Position numbers and translations under genes: made by a program. 64,000 nt of DNA from Pseudomonadota bacterium (GTDB lineage Bacteria; Pseudomonadota; Gammaproteobacteria; Tethybacterales; Persebacteraceae), in NCBI GenBank assembly GCA_022600535.1, contig JAHZKE010000042.1, positions 10,649-74,648 on the forward strand. Reading direction: 5' to 3'. Positions 48,266-59,025 of this stretch are shown here, piece by piece (position 1 is the stretch's first letter; each line of letters begins with the position of its first letter). The notes under the pieces were generated by a model. It did no database searches and was not told where the DNA came from. It saw only the letters and a list, made by a program, of their open reading frames with translations.

Positions 48266-49057
48266 TTATTTTGCTAACTCTTCGCCCATTGCTTGCGCGC
48301 GTTGGCGGCAGGCAACCATTGCTTCAATAATCGTTTGTTGCATCTGTGCTTCTTGCATCACCGCTAAGGCACGCGCCGTGGTGCCGCCCGGCACAGCAAC
48401 GGCTTGCCATAATTCCGTTACACTCTGTTGCGGGTTTTCTTCTACCATCGCACAGGCGCCGCGCAAGGTTTGCAATACTGCCTGTTGCGCTTCTGCCGGC
48501 GCTAAACCAAAACGCTGTGCCGCTTGTTGCATGGCTTCAATAATATAATAAATATAAGCGGGTCCACTCCCCGATACTGCCGTTACCGAATCTAATAACG
48601 ACTCCTCACGCACCCAAGCAAATTGTCCGACTGTTTTAAAAATGTAAGCGGTATTGTTACGCGCGACTTCCGCCGCCGTGTGATCGGCATAAGCAAAGGT
48701 CATCCCCTGCTGCACTTGTGCCGGTGTATTGGGCATAATGCGGATAATTTCTGCCAAGGAGCGTTCAGTCCACTGTGCGAGTTGTTGGCAACGCAATCCT
48801 GCAATCACGCTCATAATGCACCCCGCGGGCGGCAACCCCGCACATGCTTCTTGTGCCTGTGGCGGACGCACTGCCAAAACCAACACGTCTAAACCCGCAT
48901 CAGCGGGCAACACTGCACAGGTTTCTATCTTAAACTCCTCCGCCAGTTTTTGTCGCCGCTCGGCATTATGTTCGGCAACGATAATCTCGTTACTTTGATA
49001 TAACCCCGCAATCAGTGCGTGTGCCATGTGCCCGCCGCCAATAAATGCAATTTTCAT
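48266..49057 (-). CDS. proC: Pyrroline-5-carboxylate reductase
   Basis: 'MKIAFIGGGHMAHALIAGL' Rossmann motif and a ProC C-terminal dimerisation domain. Start at the internal ATG. Confidence 0.85.
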   Translation of the reverse strand: MKIAFIGGGHMAHALIAGLYQSNEIIVAEHNAERRQKLAEEFKIETCAVLPADAGLDVLVLAVRPPQAQEACAGLPPAGCIMSVIAGLRCQQLAQWTERSLAEIIRIMPNTPAQVQQGMTFAYADHTAAEVARNNTAYIFKTVGQFAWVREESLLDSVTAVSGSGPAYIYYIIEAMQQAAQRFGLAPAEAQQAVLQTLRGACAMVEENPQQSVTELWQAVAVPGGTTARALAVMQEAQMQQTIIEAMVACRQRAQAMGEELAK

Positions 49058-49058
49058 A

Positions 49059-49775
49059 TTATGTTCCTTTCTTTGCCCGCGCTCCAAATAGCGCAGTGCC
49101 TAAACGAATGTGTGTTGCCCCTGCCCGCAATGCCTGCGGATAGTCGGCGCTCATCCCCATAGATAAACAATCTAAGGGAAGATTAATCGCTGCCGCAATT
49201 TGCTGTTGCAATGCGGCAGTACGACAAAAAATATCATATTGCTGTTGGGGGGCGTTCGTCATTAGCGGCAAAATCATCAACCCGCGCAAACGGATATTGG
49301 GCAACGCTGCAATGTCTCGCGCCAACGGTAGTGCTTCGCACACTGCCACACCGGATTTACTTTCTTCGGCAGAAATATTGACCTGTAATAATACATTGAG
49401 CGGTTTTTCATTTTCATCTGCCGCCCGTGCGGCCGATAAACGCTCGGCGTAGGAAAAACAATCAACACTATGCACCCAATCAAATAACGCCGCAATACGT
49501 TTGATTTTATTTTTTTGAATTTTACCGATAAAGTGCCAAACCAACGGCAAATCAGCACAGGCAGGAATTTTTTCTTCCGCTTCCTGCAAATAATTTTCAC
49601 CAATATCTTCAACACCAGCCGCATAAATAGCGCGCACGGCGGCAGCGGGAAACGTTTTACTCACCGCAATAATCTTAGCCGGCGGTTTGTCAGGTCGTTT
49701 ATCGGACCGATGGCACGCGGCAATTTGCGCGCGAATCTCTTGCAAATTTTGACTCATTTCTGCGGCGTTTAACAT
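49059..49775 (-). CDS. yggS: PLP homeostasis protein YggS/PLPHP (alanine-racemase N-terminal fold)
   Basis: 'KIIAVSKTFPAAAVRAIYAAGVEDIGENYLQE' carries the PLP-Lys. The C-terminus has 'LSMGMSADYPQAL'. yggS-proC synteny. Confidence 0.85.
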   Translation of the reverse strand: MLNAAEMSQNLQEIRAQIAACHRSDKRPDKPPAKIIAVSKTFPAAAVRAIYAAGVEDIGENYLQEAEEKIPACADLPLVWHFIGKIQKNKIKRIAALFDWVHSVDCFSYAERLSAARAADENEKPLNVLLQVNISAEESKSGVAVCEALPLARDIAALPNIRLRGLMILPLMTNAPQQQYDIFCRTAALQQQIAAAINLPLDCLSMGMSADYPQALRAGATHIRLGTALFGARAKKGT

Positions 49776-51340
49776 TATTTTTTGCTCGTTTCTTCACTCG
49801 TCAAAGGTGAAGGTAAAGGCATTAAGCGTTGATTAAACTGCTGCGGGCGCATACCGCACAAATACGCAGTGGAAAAATAAGCACCCACTGCCGCCAACAA
49901 GCACAACGTTAATTTTCCGATACGTTGCCACGTCGTTGCTTGCAACCAAAAAGAATCTTCCGGCACTATAAAAAATAACACCAGCAACATAACCGCTAAA
50001 GCAGCGAACAGTTGTAAATAAAACTTGTGCCAACCGCTTTGCGGTTTAAACCAACCGCGCCGCCGTAAGACAATATATAAAATCAACGCATTGGCGCAAG
50101 CCGCCAACCCCACCGACAACGCCAAACCAACATGTGCCAACTGCAAGCCGAAAATAAAAATAACATTTAACAATTGCGTCAAACACAATGCCGCAACGGC
50201 AGCACGAACGGGAACTCCCGCATCCTGACGGGCAAAAAATGCCGCTGCCAACGGGCGCACTGCCACTAATCCGGGCACACCGACTGCATACGCCAATACT
50301 GCCAACTGTGTCATTTGCACATCAGAGGCGCTAAAAGCACCGTGTAAAAATAACGTACTGACTAAGGGTAATGCTAAATAGGCCAACCCCGCTGCTGCCG
50401 GCACGGCTAAAAATAAAATCAAGCGTAAGGCATTATCTAATAATTCTTGAAATTCTGTCGGCTTGTCGGCATGGGCGGAAAGCGCGGGCAATACCACTGT
50501 GGTCAGCGCTGCCCCTAACAAACCCGCGGGTAATTCCATTAAACGATCGGCATAGTAAAGCCACGAAATACTCCCCGCCGTAAAAAAAGAAGCAATAAAT
50601 AAATTAATCAGTAAATTAAATTGTGCCGCGCTTGAACCCAACGCACTGCGCCAAAACAAATGAAACACCTGCCCCAATGATGCCGAAAATTGCCAACAGC
50701 GCGGCAGCGACGGCAATAGACCGGCGCGTTTAACATGCCACAGCAACCACAATAATTGCACTACACCGGCGAGCAACACCCCCCAAGCAAGCGCGAAAAT
50801 CGGCTGTTGAAAAAACGGCGTCCACCACAACGCCGCCGCAATCATGGCGATATTTAAAAATAACGGTGCAACAGCAGCCGCATGAAAATAAGAATGCGCG
50901 TTGAGTATGCCGGAAAATAATGCCACTAAGGAAATCAAAACAATGTAAAAAAACAAGACCCGCAATAAATCTGCCGCCAATGCCATTTGCTCCAAGCCGG
51001 GGGCTAAGGCAACAATAACGTAGGGCGCAAAAACGATACAAAGCAGCGAGAGTAAAAGTAACGCCGCCAGTAATAAGGTGGCAATCTCCCCCGCTAATTT
51101 TGCTGCCTGTGTTGCATCGCGGCGTTGTTGGGCGCTGTAAATCGGTACAAATGCTTGCGTTAATGCGCCTTCGGCAGTAAAGCGGCGTAATGTATTCGGT
51201 AGGCGAAAGGCAGTAAAAAAAGCATCGCTAACGCCGCCCGCGCCAAACACCGAAGCGATGATAATATCGCGCCACAACCCCAGCAAGCGCGAAACAAACA
51301 CCATACCGCTAACCGAAGCAAAACCGCGTAATAAAGTCAT
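49775..51340 (-). CDS. murJ: Lipid II flippase MurJ (MviN)
   Basis: 'LLRGFASVSGMVFVSRLLGLWRDIIIASVFGAG' is the canonical MurJ N-terminus. 14 TM helices. Start chosen at the ATG that gives an ATGA overlap with rluC. The track ORF extends to 51475, which would run into rluC. Confidence 0.85.
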   Translation of the reverse strand: MTLLRGFASVSGMVFVSRLLGLWRDIIIASVFGAGGVSDAFFTAFRLPNTLRRFTAEGALTQAFVPIYSAQQRRDATQAAKLAGEIATLLLAALLLLSLLCIVFAPYVIVALAPGLEQMALAADLLRVLFFYIVLISLVALFSGILNAHSYFHAAAVAPLFLNIAMIAAALWWTPFFQQPIFALAWGVLLAGVVQLLWLLWHVKRAGLLPSLPRCWQFSASLGQVFHLFWRSALGSSAAQFNLLINLFIASFFTAGSISWLYYADRLMELPAGLLGAALTTVVLPALSAHADKPTEFQELLDNALRLILFLAVPAAAGLAYLALPLVSTLFLHGAFSASDVQMTQLAVLAYAVGVPGLVAVRPLAAAFFARQDAGVPVRAAVAALCLTQLLNVIFIFGLQLAHVGLALSVGLAACANALILYIVLRRRGWFKPQSGWHKFYLQLFAALAVMLLVLFFIVPEDSFWLQATTWQRIGKLTLCLLAAVGAYFSTAYLCGMRPQQFNQRLMPLPSPLTSEETSKK

Positions 51341-52287
51341 CGTGTCCTCTGTTGCGCTAACCATTGCGCCGCAAGGGTAAATTCTTCCGCCAGCGGCGAT
51401 AAAATCTGCACCCGTTCGGCACTTTGCGGGTGGGTAAATGCTAACTGCTGCGCATGTAAAAACATACGCTGCCAACCCGCGCGCGCGGCGCTGTGATTAA
51501 GTGCAAAATTGCCATAGCGTTCATCGCCTAATATGGGGAGCTGTTGCGTAGCAAAATGCACGCGCAACTGGTGGGTTCTGCCCGTTTGTAAATCCGCCTC
51601 CAGTAAAGCGCTGTTGCTATATTGCTGTAGCAAGCGCGTGCGCGTATAGGCATTTTTGCCCGCGCTATCAACAATCACATGGCGATTGCCATTGGCAGCG
51701 ACAATGCGCTTTAACGGTAATTTAATTTCTCGGTGCTGTTCTGCCTGCCATACTCCCAACACCAACGCGGTATACTTTTTTTCTACTTTTTGCGCGCGCC
51801 ATTGTTGTTGAATTGCCGTCAATGCTGAGCGTTTTTTCGCCAACAACAACACCCCCGAAGTATCGCGGTCTAAACGGTGGACTAATTCTAAAAACGCATG
51901 TTGCGGCAGATGGGCGCGTAGGCGTTCAATCACCCCGTGGGCAACGCCACTGCCGCCGTGTACGGCGAGCCCCGCGGGTTTATCGACTGCCAGTAAAATT
52001 TCATCTTCATACAACACCTGCAATGCTAACGGGCGGGCATGGGTAGGCGGCGGTGCTTCCGGCACGCGCACCGATGCCGGCAGACGTAAGCGGTCGCCCG
52101 TAGATAAACGACAATCGGGACGCACGCGCCCGACATTCACCCGTATATGTCCATTGCGGATGAGGCGATAAATCAAAGAACGCGGCACCCCGCGCCACTC
52201 ACGCAATAAATAATTATCTAATCGCTGCCCCTCAAACTGCTCACTGACAACACATTCGCGAACGGTTTTATCTACTAAATCACGCAT
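51337..52287 (-). CDS. rluC: 23S rRNA pseudouridine synthase, RluC family (RluA superfamily with S4 domain)
   Basis: S4 domain 'GQRLDNYLLREWRGVPRSLIYRLIRNGHIRVN'. Catalytic motif 'VHRLDRDTSGVLLLAK'. It aligns best with RluC. Confidence 0.8.
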   Translation of the reverse strand: MRDLVDKTVRECVVSEQFEGQRLDNYLLREWRGVPRSLIYRLIRNGHIRVNVGRVRPDCRLSTGDRLRLPASVRVPEAPPPTHARPLALQVLYEDEILLAVDKPAGLAVHGGSGVAHGVIERLRAHLPQHAFLELVHRLDRDTSGVLLLAKKRSALTAIQQQWRAQKVEKKYTALVLGVWQAEQHREIKLPLKRIVAANGNRHVIVDSAGKNAYTRTRLLQQYSNSALLEADLQTGRTHQLRVHFATQQLPILGDERYGNFALNHSAARAGWQRMFLHAQQLAFTHPQSAERVQILSPLAEEFTLAAQWLAQQRTR

Positions 52288-52378
52288 AGGCAGTCATTTT
52301 AACACTTTGCCGCCGTATCTTTACCTATCACGCCACCTTATAGCGCCCGCAAAAACGTGATAAAATTTGCCCTATTGT

Positions 52379-52452
52379 GCGGGTGTAGTTCAATGGTAGA
52401 ACACCAGCTTCCCAAGCTGGTAGCGTGGGTCCGATTCCCATCACCCGCTCCA
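52379..52452 (+). tRNA. tRNA-Gly (anticodon CCC)
   Basis: GCGGGTG/CACCCGC acceptor, D-arm GTTCAATGGTAGAAC, anticodon loop TTCCCAA, T-arm GTGGGTCCGATTCCCAT and CCA encoded. Confidence 0.9.
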
Positions 52453-52473
52453 TTATTGCCTTTGCGGCAGTTT

Positions 52474-55400
52474 TTATGCAGTTTTTTCTTCGCGGATTTC
52501 GTTGAGTGCGCGTTCGTATTCGTAGGGAATCACTTTGACAAATTTTTCCCGCGCCGTTTCCCAATGATCTAATATAAATTGCGCTTTCGCACTGCCGGTG
52601 TAGCCCACATGCTTGTTTAAAAAATCACGAATAATATCCGCATCGCTGGCTTGTAAATGACGGGCGCAATTTGCGGGTTCGCTGTCTAAGGTACGTAAAT
52701 CAACCATATCTTTATTGCAGTTGTCGGCAAATTGATTGTTTTCATCCCAAACATACGCCACCCCGCCGCTCATTCCGGCGGCAAAATTACGCCCGACGGC
52801 ACCCAATACAATCACCGTGCCGCCAGTCATATATTCGCAACCGTGGTCGCCGCACCCTTCTACTACTGCTGTCGCCCCCGAGTTACGCACGGCAAAACGC
52901 TCACCGGCAACCCCGCGACAATAGACTTCGCCGCAAATCGCACCGTATAAAGCGGTATTGCCGGCAATAATGTTTTCGCCATCGGGGCGTTTGCTCTCGG
53001 GCGGACGCACTGCTAATATCCCACCGGAAAGCCCTTTACCGAGATAATCGTTTGCTTCACCGGTTAATTGCATGTTCATACCGCGGCTGGCAAAAGCACC
53101 AAAACTTTGCCCGGCAATTCCCGTTAAGCGCAGTTGTAGTAAATCGCGTTTCAAACCCGCGTGTCCGTGTTTTTTCGCAATTGCGTTGGAGAGTACCGCT
53201 CCGGCAGTGCGATGTAAATTACTAATTTTATCTTCTATCACTACGGGTTTGCCGTCATCAATCGCGGCGCGCGCTTGCGGCAACCAGCGATAATCAATCG
53301 CATGTTTTTCAATCGCATGGTCTTGTCGCTGACAATGAAAACGTGAATACTCTACCGGTGCGAGTGGCAACTGCAACAACGGTGTTAAATCTAAAGTTTT
53401 ACTTTTCCAGTGCTGCTGTGTTTTCGGCGTTAAAATATCTGCTCTGCCGATAATGTCATTCAATCGCCGCACTCCGATTGCCGCTAAGAAACGCCGCACT
53501 TCTTCAGCAATAAAGAAGAAGTAATTAATGACGTGCTCAGGTTTGCCGGCAAATTTTTTCCGTAGCCGTGCATCTTGGGTAGCAATCCCCACCGGGCAGG
53601 TATTTAAGTGACATTTGCGCATCATAATGCACCCTTCTGCCACTAACGGCGCGGTGGCAAAACCAAATTCATCCGCCCCTAACAACGCACCGATAATGAC
53701 ATCTCTACCGGTTTTAATTTGCCCGTCCACTTGCAAGGCAATCCGTCCGCGTAAATCGTTGAGTACTAAGGTTTGGTGTGTTTCTGCCAGCCCTAATTCC
53801 CACGGGGTGCCCGCATGTTTGATAGAAGACAACGGCGAAGCACCGGTGCCGCCATCGTGTCCGGCAATGGTAATGTGGTCGGATTTTGCTTTTGCTACGC
53901 CTGCCGCCACCGTGCCGACACCGGCGCGGGATACTAATTTTACACTGACATTGCCTTCGGGGTTGGCGCATTTCAAATCGTAAATTAACTGCGCGATATC
54001 TTCAATAGAATAAATATCGTGGTGCGGTGGTGGTGAAATTAACCCGACTCCGGGGACAGAATGACGTACGCTGGCAATGGCACTATCTACTTTATGTCCG
54101 GGCAGTTGCCCGCCTTCGCCGGGTTTTGCTCCTTGGGCGATTTTAATTTGCATCATATCCGAATTTGCCAGATACTCTGCCGTAACACCAAAACGCCCCG
54201 AAGCAACTTGTTTAATGGCAGAACGCATTGAATCGCCATTCGCCAAGGGAATCAAACGCGCGGCTTCCTCACCGCCTTCGCCGGTGTTGGATTTTCCACC
54301 GATGCGGTTCATTGCAATCGCTAAGGTGCTGTGTGCTTCGTGCGAAATAGAACCAAACGACATCGCCCCGGTAGAAAAACGGCAGAGAATATCCGCCGCA
54401 GGTTCTACTTCATCTAAGGGAATGCTCTCGCCAATGCTGCCAATTTCTAACATGCCGCGCAAGGTCATTAATTGTTCGCTTTGTTCGTTAATCAGGGCGG
54501 CGTATTCTTCGTATTTGCTGTAACTATTGCTACGCACGGCATGTTGCAAAGCAGCAACGGATTCCGGCGACCACAAATGCGCTTCGCCCCGCGTGCGATA
54601 GGCATAATACCCGCCGGCATCTAATGCGTCTTTGAATAGCGGATTATTTTTATCTTTGGCAATGTCATGCCAATAACGCGCTTCTCGTTCAATTTCGTCA
54701 ATGCCAATCCCGCCGATTTGCGACTCGGTGCCGCAAAAATAGTGCGCGATTAATTCTTGCGACAAACCCACCGCTTCAAATATCTGCGCGCCGCAATAAG
54801 ATTGCAATGTAGAAATGCCCATTTTAGACATGACTTTGAGCAAACCCTTACCCAATGCTTGACGATAATTAGCAACACGTTGCTCTGTCGTCAGGTTTGC
54901 TTTTTCTTCCCCCGCTTCCATTAGCGCCGGCATGGTTGCGATGGTTTCATACGCCAAGTAGGGATAAATCGCTTCGGCACCATATCCTACCAACACTGCC
55001 ATGTCGTGCACGCTACGGGCGGCGGCGGTTTCTATGACTAAACCCGTTTGCGTGCGGTCGCCGCTGGCGACTAAAGCATGGTGCACGGCGGCACATGCCA
55101 ATAAGGCGGGGATGGCAATCCGTGTTGCCGATGCCGTTTTATCGGACAACACTAAAATAGAAGTGCCGCCGACAACATCGGTGCGCGCTTGCTCACACAA
55201 TTGTTCTAAGGTTTGCGCCAATGTTTGTGACTCGTTGTATGTAATATCTAACATGGTAACGCGGCTGGTTTGCTGCGCACACAATGCACTAAATTCTGTT
55301 GCCGATAAAATCGGGTGTGTCAGGGTATAACAACAAGTGGTGGGGGCTTCCCCGGGGGATAATAAATTAGGACGCGCACCCACATAACTATTTAAGCTCA

Positions 55401-57033
55401 TCACTAAACTTTCGCGAATTGGATCAATCGGCGGGTTGGTAACTTGCGCAAATTCTTGCCGAAAATACGCCGACAACGGACGCATTTGTTGCGATAGCAC
55501 GGCTTGCGGGGTATCGTCCCCCATAGACCCTGTTGGTTCAATGCCCTCTTCTGCCATGGGGCGTAAAACAAATTTAACATCTTCTTCGGTATAAGCAAAA
55601 CGTTGTTGCCGTTGCAGTAGCGGTTCTTGTTTGTTTTCTGTTGTTGCCGCTGTTGCCGCTGTTGCATGAGGCGATAACGACTGTTGCGAAGCACCCGCCC
55701 AAGTGCTGTAATCGTGCGCTACTGTTAATTGTTTTTTTACTTCCGTATCGTCAATTAAGCGCCCTTCTTCTAAATCTACCAGCAAAATTTTCCCCGGTTG
55801 AATACGCCATTTACGCAGGATATGCGCATCTGCCAGCGGTAAAACCCCCGCTTCCGATGCCATAATAATACGGTCGTCGTCTGTCAACCAATAGCGCCCC
55901 GGACGCAAGCCATTGCGGTCTAATACGGCACCAATTTGTTTGCCGTTGGTAAAGACCACTTCCGCCGGTCCGTCCCACGGTTCCATCATCGCCGCATGAT
56001 AACGGTAAAAATCGACCAACGGGGCGGGCATGGCAGAATTGTTTTGCCATGCTTCAGGAATTAATACCGCTAACGCGTGGGCGGGAGAATATCCCGCCAA
56101 ACAAAGTAATTCCACCGCATTGTCTAAGGTGGCGGTATCCGATTGCCCGTGTTCCATCAATGGCCACAGTTTTTCCAGTTCCTCGCCAAACAGGGGCGAA
56201 TACAGGGAATGGTGCCGTGCCGTCATATTGTTGATATTGCCACGCAAGGTGTTAATTTCGCCATTGTGGGCAATAAAACGATACGGGTGCGCCAAGCGCC
56301 ACGCCGGAAAGGTATTGGTGGAAAAACGTTGATGCACCAGAGCCAACGCCGTAACGTAAGTATCGTTGCTTAAATCGGGATAATAAGCGGCAAGTTGCTC
56401 GGCTAAAAACATCCCTTTATAAACAATAGTGCGTGACGAAAAAGAGGCGCAATAAAAACCTGCCGCATCGCTGGCAATCGCAATATTTTCATCTGCCGCC
56501 ACTGCACGTTCAAACATTTTACGCACAATATAAAGCCGCCGTTCAAAAGCATCGCCCAAGGGCGTATTGCCAGCAGTCACAAATAACTGCTGCATCACTG
56601 GCGCACTGGCAGCGACGTCGTCGTTAATGGCGCTGTTGGTGGTGGGGACATCGCGCCAAGCAAGCACGGCAAGCCCTTCTTGCTCAATAATTTTTTCTAC
56701 CAACGCTACGGTTTGGCGGCGTTTGTCTTCTTGCTGCGGCATAAACAACATTGCCACACCATAGGCATGTTCTCCGTTTTCTGCCGCGGGTAACGCGACC
56801 CCTTGCGCACGAAAAAAAGCATCCGGAATTTGCGTTAACACGCCGGCACCGTCACCGGTTGTCGGGTTGGCACCCACGGCACCGCGATGGGTCATATTTT
56901 CCAAAATATGCAACCCCTCTTGCAATATGCTATGCGTGGCGCGATTTTTTATATTCGCAATAAAACCAACGCCGCAAGCATCATGCTCGGCATTAGGTTG
57001 GTATAAACCGTGTTTGGCTGGTTGTTTTCTCAT
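52474..57033 (-). CDS. gltB: Glutamate synthase (NADPH/ferredoxin) large subunit
   Basis: ~1520 aa. The N-terminal propeptide ends at 'AEHDAC|GVGF' (the amidotransferase Cys1). FMN and 3Fe-4S domains and the GXGXG C-terminal domain are present. The track ORF extends further 5', to 57177. Confidence 0.95.
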   Translation of the reverse strand: MRKQPAKHGLYQPNAEHDACGVGFIANIKNRATHSILQEGLHILENMTHRGAVGANPTTGDGAGVLTQIPDAFFRAQGVALPAAENGEHAYGVAMLFMPQQEDKRRQTVALVEKIIEQEGLAVLAWRDVPTTNSAINDDVAASAPVMQQLFVTAGNTPLGDAFERRLYIVRKMFERAVAADENIAIASDAAGFYCASFSSRTIVYKGMFLAEQLAAYYPDLSNDTYVTALALVHQRFSTNTFPAWRLAHPYRFIAHNGEINTLRGNINNMTARHHSLYSPLFGEELEKLWPLMEHGQSDTATLDNAVELLCLAGYSPAHALAVLIPEAWQNNSAMPAPLVDFYRYHAAMMEPWDGPAEVVFTNGKQIGAVLDRNGLRPGRYWLTDDDRIIMASEAGVLPLADAHILRKWRIQPGKILLVDLEEGRLIDDTEVKKQLTVAHDYSTWAGASQQSLSPHATAATAATTENKQEPLLQRQQRFAYTEEDVKFVLRPMAEEGIEPTGSMGDDTPQAVLSQQMRPLSAYFRQEFAQVTNPPIDPIRESLVMSLNSYVGARPNLLSPGEAPTTCCYTLTHPILSATEFSALCAQQTSRVTMLDITYNESQTLAQTLEQLCEQARTDVVGGTSILVLSDKTASATRIAIPALLACAAVHHALVASGDRTQTGLVIETAAARSVHDMAVLVGYGAEAIYPYLAYETIATMPALMEAGEEKANLTTEQRVANYRQALGKGLLKVMSKMGISTLQSYCGAQIFEAVGLSQELIAHYFCGTESQIGGIGIDEIEREARYWHDIAKDKNNPLFKDALDAGGYYAYRTRGEAHLWSPESVAALQHAVRSNSYSKYEEYAALINEQSEQLMTLRGMLEIGSIGESIPLDEVEPAADILCRFSTGAMSFGSISHEAHSTLAIAMNRIGGKSNTGEGGEEAARLIPLANGDSMRSAIKQVASGRFGVTAEYLANSDMMQIKIAQGAKPGEGGQLPGHKVDSAIASVRHSVPGVGLISPPPHHDIYSIEDIAQLIYDLKCANPEGNVSVKLVSRAGVGTVAAGVAKAKSDHITIAGHDGGTGASPLSSIKHAGTPWELGLAETHQTLVLNDLRGRIALQVDGQIKTGRDVIIGALLGADEFGFATAPLVAEGCIMMRKCHLNTCPVGIATQDARLRKKFAGKPEHVINYFFFIAEEVRRFLAAIGVRRLNDIIGRADILTPKTQQHWKSKTLDLTPLLQLPLAPVEYSRFHCQRQDHAIEKHAIDYRWLPQARAAIDDGKPVVIEDKISNLHRTAGAVLSNAIAKKHGHAGLKRDLLQLRLTGIAGQSFGAFASRGMNMQLTGEANDYLGKGLSGGILAVRPPESKRPDGENIIAGNTALYGAICGEVYCRGVAGERFAVRNSGATAVVEGCGDHGCEYMTGGTVIVLGAVGRNFAAGMSGGVAYVWDENNQFADNCNKDMVDLRTLDSEPANCARHLQASDADIIRDFLNKHVGYTGSAKAQFILDHWETAREKFVKVIPYEYERALNEIREEKTA

Positions 57034-57337
57034 ATTTTCATTAAAAATAAAGTCTGTCACTAACAGATTTTTTATCTCGTCTGTTTTTCTGTACTGCCGT
57101 ATCTCAACCACCGCTGATGTCAGTAAGAACGTTATTCTATCATGTTTAAATTTTCTTCTGTTGCCCGCCAACGACAAAATATAAAATTTTGCCGAAGAAA
57201 ATAATATCGCCGTTCTTCCATTTTTTCACTCCCCCCAAAACCTGCGAATTACCTACGATGATTTTATAGACATGCAATGCAATTGCTAAATTGTGGCACA
57301 ATGTCTCTTTCTTTACATTTATTTAACCACTTAAAAT

Positions 57338-58273
57338 ATGTCACCACTTATTACTGGCTCACTGGCTTTTGATTATTTAATGCAGATTGAAGAGCCGTTC
57401 AACAATCAAATTCCCACCACCGCACAAGCATTTTCTGCCGCCTATATTGCCCCAACATTATCGCGTGTTTTTGGCGGCTGTGCCGGCAACATTACTTATG
57501 CCTTGCAGCATTTAGGCGAACAACCGCAACTAATGGCAACTGCAGGAAATGATTTTTCACCCTATGCCGATTATTTACATCAAATGGGCGTCAGCACCGA
57601 ACACGTCATCATGTTGCCCGATTTTTACACCGCGCAAGCGTATGTTGTTACTGATTGCAATCACAGTCAATTTATTGTCTTCCATCCAGGTGCTACCGCT
57701 GAAGCGCACCGACAAGATATTAGTATCCTGCCGCCGCCGCCGCTTGCGATTATTTCTCCCAACGGCAAAGCAGGTATATTGCAACACTGTCGCACCTGTG
57801 CCGAAACAAACATCCCCTTTATCTTTGACCCCGGGCAAGCCATCTCCCTATTTTCGGGCGAAGAAATTAAAGAATGTTTAACACTCGCTCCTTACGCTAT
57901 TTTTAATAAAGGCGAGTGGGAAACGGCACAACGTGCCAGCGGACTGAACATTACCGAAACAACAAAGATGTTAAAGGCATTATTTATCACCAATGGCGAA
58001 GCGGGTTCGCAAGCATTTATCGGAACAGACACCCTGCAAGCGACCTGCGTGCACTTAGGCGAGACCAAAAATCCGACCGGGTGCGGCGATGCCTATCGTG
58101 CGGGATTGATTTATGGACTCATGCGCAACTGGGAGTGGCAATCGTTACTCAATTTTGCCACCGTCGTTGCCGCGACCTGTGCCACCCACGATAGCGGACA
58201 AGGGTATCCCTTATCGTTAGCGGCAGTCAGCGAAGCGTATCAACAACACTATAACAGCGCCCTGCCGCAATGA
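57338..58273 (+). CDS. PfkB-family carbohydrate/nucleoside kinase
   Basis: 'GGCAGNITYAL' N-terminal motif and 'NPTGCGDAYRAGLIYGL' C-terminal anion-hole motif of ribokinase/PfkB. Its stop overlaps the tpiA start. Confidence 0.7.
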   Translation: MSPLITGSLAFDYLMQIEEPFNNQIPTTAQAFSAAYIAPTLSRVFGGCAGNITYALQHLGEQPQLMATAGNDFSPYADYLHQMGVSTEHVIMLPDFYTAQAYVVTDCNHSQFIVFHPGATAEAHRQDISILPPPPLAIISPNGKAGILQHCRTCAETNIPFIFDPGQAISLFSGEEIKECLTLAPYAIFNKGEWETAQRASGLNITETTKMLKALFITNGEAGSQAFIGTDTLQATCVHLGETKNPTGCGDAYRAGLIYGLMRNWEWQSLLNFATVVAATCATHDSGQGYPLSLAAVSEAYQQHYNSALPQ

Positions 58274-59025
58274 AACCTTTATTTGTCGCCAACTGGAAAA
58301 TGCACGGCAGTTTAGCGTTTATTCGCGACTGGACTGCCGCCATTGCCGCCCCCTCCAAGCAGTGTCAGGTTGCCGTTTGCCCGCCCTTTCCTTATCTGGC
58401 AACAATGCGGGCCGCACTTAGCAATGATTTTTTAATCGGCGCGCAAACGATTGCCGCCCCTCGCGATGCCGGCGCGCATACTGGTGAAGTATCGGGAACG
58501 ATGTTGGCAGACATCGGCTGCGATTTAGTACTGGTAGGACATTCCGAACGCCGCAACGCCCAACACGAAAACGATGCCCTTTGCGCTGACAAAATACGTG
58601 CCGCCGTTGCCGCGGGGTTACAGCCGATATTATGCGTGGGGGAAACCGACTGCGTACGCGAACAAGGCGGCAGTGCGGCAGCAATTAACACCGTATTGGC
58701 ACAAATTAACGCCGCATTAGGCGATGCCGATGCTAAAATTTTACAAAAAATAATCATCGCTTATGAACCGATTTGGGCAATTGGTAGCGGCAAAACACCG
58801 ACAATTGACGACATTCAACAACTGCATTCTGCCATTCGCGCAACACTAATTGAACAAACCGCCGCATTTGGCGGTAAAATAACGCTCTTATACGGCGGTA
58901 GCGTGAACGCAGACAACGCCCAAGAATTTATGAACATTGAAAATGTAAATGGTTTTTTGGTTGGTGGGGCTTCACTCAAACCGCAAACATTCAACACTAT
59001 CTGTAACTCTTTTTCCCCATTATGA
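58270..59025 (+). CDS. tpiA: Triosephosphate isomerase
   Basis: 'FVANWKMHGS', 'VLVGHSERR' and 'IAYEPIWAIGSGKT' are canonical TIM motifs. Length is 251 aa. Confidence 0.9.
   Translation: MKPLFVANWKMHGSLAFIRDWTAAIAAPSKQCQVAVCPPFPYLATMRAALSNDFLIGAQTIAAPRDAGAHTGEVSGTMLADIGCDLVLVGHSERRNAQHENDALCADKIRAAVAAGLQPILCVGETDCVREQGGSAAAINTVLAQINAALGDADAKILQKIIIAYEPIWAIGSGKTPTIDDIQQLHSAIRATLIEQTAAFGGKITLLYGGSVNADNAQEFMNIENVNGFLVGGASLKPQTFNTICNSFSPL

Noticed and set aside
52671-52970. Multiple 60-100-aa ORFs on the + strand inside gltB (52671-52970, 53072-53293, 53615-53983, 54077-54523, 55001-55330 and others)
   Set aside because: All lie antisense within a 1520-aa, well-conserved GltB reading frame. They are Arg/Pro/Cys-rich, as expected for spurious frames in a GC-biased gene, and have no motif.
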